The notes beneath the pieces are model-generated. The model ran no database searches, was not told the origin of the DNA, and worked only from the letters and a program-made list of their open reading frames with translations. A stretch of 64,000 nucleotides of DNA, filler included, from Sphacelaria rigidula (Eukaryota), in the NCBI GenBank assembly GCA_964200075.2. It is 6 parts of 6 records of this genome, joined end to end, with 100 filler letters (N's around TTAATTAATTAA, not from the genome) between each part and the next. Parts side by side here need not be neighbours in the genome. Positions count along the whole stretch, not along the records: positions 53,496 to 64,000 come from CAXNAA020006374.1; 5 more parts are not named here. The stretch is one strand, 5' to 3'. How positions within the stretch are numbered: position 1 is the stretch's first letter; each line of letters starts with the position of its first letter. Below, piece after piece: positions 60,701 through 64,000 of the stretch. The translations under genes were made by a program, and so were the position numbers.

Positions 60701-62370
60701 GACGGTCAGTAATGGAAGTGTTTCCTCTCCGTATTCGACGATGCAGCATTCTGTTGCGCGGTGGCGAGGATCGCAGGTGAAGGTGGCCACATCGAAACGT
60801 GCTTGGAGATCGAACTCAGACAGATGAACAGAGTTGGCAATTTTTGGGTGCTCAGTAGTTGGTCGGGATATTAGTGTCGAAAGATGGCGAGATCACGCAC
60901 CTGTGCGTGGGGCGCCGTGTTGCGTCTGACATGATAATATTTAGATATTGGAGCCGAGCTCGCATCAACATCAGGCTGTTTACACTTGAGCTAGGGTTAG
61001 GGTTAGGTGATGACATAATTTCGCGTGGACGCCGCGCACGGGTAATCCAACTGTATTTGCTCTTACCGAGTAGGTTGTCAAGATGCGGATTCGAAATCCC
61101 TAGATATGCCGTTTCTGCGTTTTCTACCCGGTACCGGGATTTCGAATCCGCACCTTGCAAGAGATTAGGAGAAGGATCTGTGGAAACATTTCAGGGAATG
61201 CACGAGTGCTTCTCCTATTCCCGACGCATGCTTTAAAGTCGCGCGCAGCGGAAGGTATTCCATGGTGCGACGTGCGCACCTCGGAGAATGGCATGGATTC
61301 AAGGTGTGGGGGTGGACAAATGCCTAACGGAGTGTATACCCTGCATCATCCGCGCTCGTGTGATCTCATCGTCGACTTCCCCCACTAGGCGATACCGATG
61401 ATGCAGAGGGAGCCGCAGGTGTTCGAGTACCTCTTCATGCAATTGGGCACCACGAAGAGTTGGTCTGACTTGAAGGCCGCCATCGACCGTCTTGCTGATA
61501 TACGCCACGTGGACGAGAGGGCGCGGCGGCGGCATGCATGGTAGCCGGCGATGAGGAGACATGTCGCTTCATGTATCACCTGATTCGGAGTAACCCCGGC
61601 CACTATCACCGGCTCAAAGTATACGTGGGTGATTGGCACCTTCTGTACCACATGGCGAAGGCCATCATGAACCGGTTTTGAGGGGCAGGGATAGACTTCA
61701 TCGCTGAGGCACTTGGCGTGGACGGAACCAAAGGATCGGAGGCTAGCAACGATCGGGTGGCACACCATACCATCAGCGTGTTCTTCGAAGCAATATGGGG
61801 GAAAATCGTGGCCATGTACGACCCCTAACCCTAATGGTCCGAACCCTGAGATGCGCGTGCAAGCCCGAAAGGGCGGCGCAAAGAAATCACCAGTGCCGCG
61901 GTTGCAAGGGCCGCTGCGTTTTACCCCCACCCCCTTCCCCAGCGACTGACGCTACTTCTACAGGTGGTTCCGCCGGAGGATATGTCGATACATGCCGCCG
62001 ACGTCGTAAGAGGAGGGGCGGATCCACGGCGAGCCGTGGAAGGGACGGGTCAGCAGCGTTGTGTGGCGGGGGGCAGGCGAATCGAGCGAGGAAGGCCGCG
62101 GGGGCAGGTGGTGATAGAAGTCGTCGTGGGGAGTGCTTCCGACGAGATGGTGGGAGGATGGCGACGGTAGCGGGAGGGGAATCGGATCCGGGACCACATC
62201 CTACCAGTCGCAGTTGTTGCGACGGCGGTCTAGATGGTCCCACAGAGCGCGAATCGAAGCATTCAGCCGGGATCCGGCTTGGGGATTCAGACTCCGAGAG
62301 TAGCGACTCAGAGGTAGAGGATTCGGCATCGGAAGCAGGCAAAGACGACGACGACGAATTCGCGTTTTGA
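57788..62370 (+). mobile_element. Degraded Academ-like DNA transposase gene (pseudogenised, internally deleted)
   Basis: Colinear motifs across stops and frameshifts: Cys-rich N-terminus (58970-59270), AAGSIVRVDI, HGT..LVIDYVAAHGFCMS (~60370-60425), WDNCDF...GAHVNT (60518-), VAGDEETC (61541-), VGDWHLLYHMAKAI...GAGI (61625-), a C-terminal CACK...CRGCKGRC and an acidic tail ending at 62370. The family match is from recalled consensus, not a search. Confidence 0.7.
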
Positions 62371-64000
62371 TTGCATCTATAGCGAAAGTCGTGGACATGT
62401 TTCTTGCAGATGAGTTTCGTAGGTATATAGGTAACCGTGGGAGTTATCTTCTGCAGACGGAAGTCATGATCCATGCGTAGGGTTGATGGGGAAGTTGTAG
62501 AGTGCTTGATGCAGTGCGCCCTTGTGTGCAAACGTTTACGGCGGGTCGTCCGGCGACACCCTTGGGCGAATCGCCGGTTGTATCTCAAGATAATGCGTGA
62601 TACTAATGGAACGAACGACTAATAAAGCGAAAATGATGATCAAGACGTGGTGTTGTAGAGAACCTTATGGAATACTGTGCAACACGACCACCACACGTTC
62701 GTGGAGTCGTGAGACGGCGTTCATAGCGCTCTGCACAGCGGGCGAACCGCCACAAACATTTGGTGTGATTGATAACAATCGATCGTGAAAATTGAGGACA
62801 GCGGTTTTCATTGACGATTATAAGTAGGTTTATTACAATCTTCATATGTGTGGACCATTTTTTAAAATATGCCTGCATTCATGCACGTACTGGTAGCTAT
62901 TACTAATTTCTGCATGCCATACAAAATTGAAATCCGTTAACAGATTTTTTGGGGTCCCATGTATATATGTTGTGTGGTGATGGGGGGGGGTACGTGATGT
63001 AAATGGAACACGTAAATCCATCCTCCATGTCGCAGAACAGTGGTTCCACGTAAATCCATCCTCCACGTCGCAGAACAGTGGTTCCAAGTGCTGCACGCTG
63101 GAGGAACATCAGATGATGTTCTCCGTCCCTAACCCTTCATTATTGCCCACCAAACTTCGGTCCCCATCACACCGGACAGTCGATGTGAATACCTATGCTT
63201 CGAAGCAAACCCTGACGCCGTTTCCGTGGTATCTCTATTTTGTTTCCGACAGCTTACAGTATTACTGACGACACCAGGAATCGGCAGACCGTGAGTGTGC
63301 GTTTATACCTTGCGCGGCGATCCCGTAAGCACGCTTCATGCGCCGTCCCGGTGACTATGACGAGCACATGTCTGGAACGTCTTTCCCACTGGCGGGCAAT
63401 ATTAATTGTTGCATGCATGCTTGGGGGAGAAAATAATCCCCACGCAACAAACCAGGAGGACGCGTCGCATTTACTACCTGCTCAATGTGGATATCACATG
63501 TGACCCGATGGGTTTTCACGCCGCACCTCACACAATGCAACACCCCTCACCGAGATAGCAATATCTCAATGCACACGGCAGCTATCGACACAAATCAAAT
63601 TGCTCTGTGTGGATAAAACGTGTACCTACCAGTCCTCCACTTCTTGGCGGCCAACACTCTTGTCTAAAAATTGAAGTGAAGATCATCTACTGCAGATATT
63701 GCACTGTTTCGACACTCAATTGAAGTCTGCCAGGGCTTGAACGACGGCTAGTGTCTTGTAGTACCTGTCTGTAGAGTTTCGGCTTCGTGAAGTTCGTCAG
63801 TAGTGAGTAATCTTCTGTCGCGTGAAGGACGGGCATGTTGGAAAATGACTTTTTTGCTTGTACATATAGTTACAACTTTCTTTAGGGGTATCCATCGCTG
63901 GTTTGTGAGCTGTACTGGGTGGAATCAAGCCAGACTACAATCAGAAGGTAGCTTCAGACATCTACTACAGCTGTGTATCGCCTTAGTTGCGATATAACCT

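Overview
Eukaryotic, intron-rich, repeat-dense DNA, most likely from a brown alga. That assignment is inferred from GT-AG intron style, TTAGGG-type telomeric motifs and the character of the repeats. The window is not one locus. It is six separate contigs (1-10599, 10700-21298, 21399-31997, 32098-42696, 42797-53395, 53496-end), the first five each exactly 10,599 bp, joined by a 100-bp N44-TTAATTAATTAA-N44 linker, so no neighbourhood inference holds across linkers. The one clearly recognisable host gene is a 5'-truncated DBP2/DDX5-type DEAD-box RNA helicase: six exons at 33205-40063, all introns phase 0 and filled with transposon relics. Contig 1 holds a probable spliced gene of unknown function. 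The rest is mobile DNA: a degraded Academ-like transposase (57.8-62.4 kb) whose internal deletion junction is a telomeric dimer, a head-to-head CACTA/EnSpm-like remnant, a Gypsy gag-protease remnant, a Helitron family, LINE 3' ends, tRNA-derived SINE-like elements and many MITE families. Best leads: the Academ-like element, a divergent pair of GT92/GALS-like pseudogene fragments, and a tandem tRNA-Leu/Val-like dimer. No intact novel multi-gene system could be demonstrated from sequence alone.
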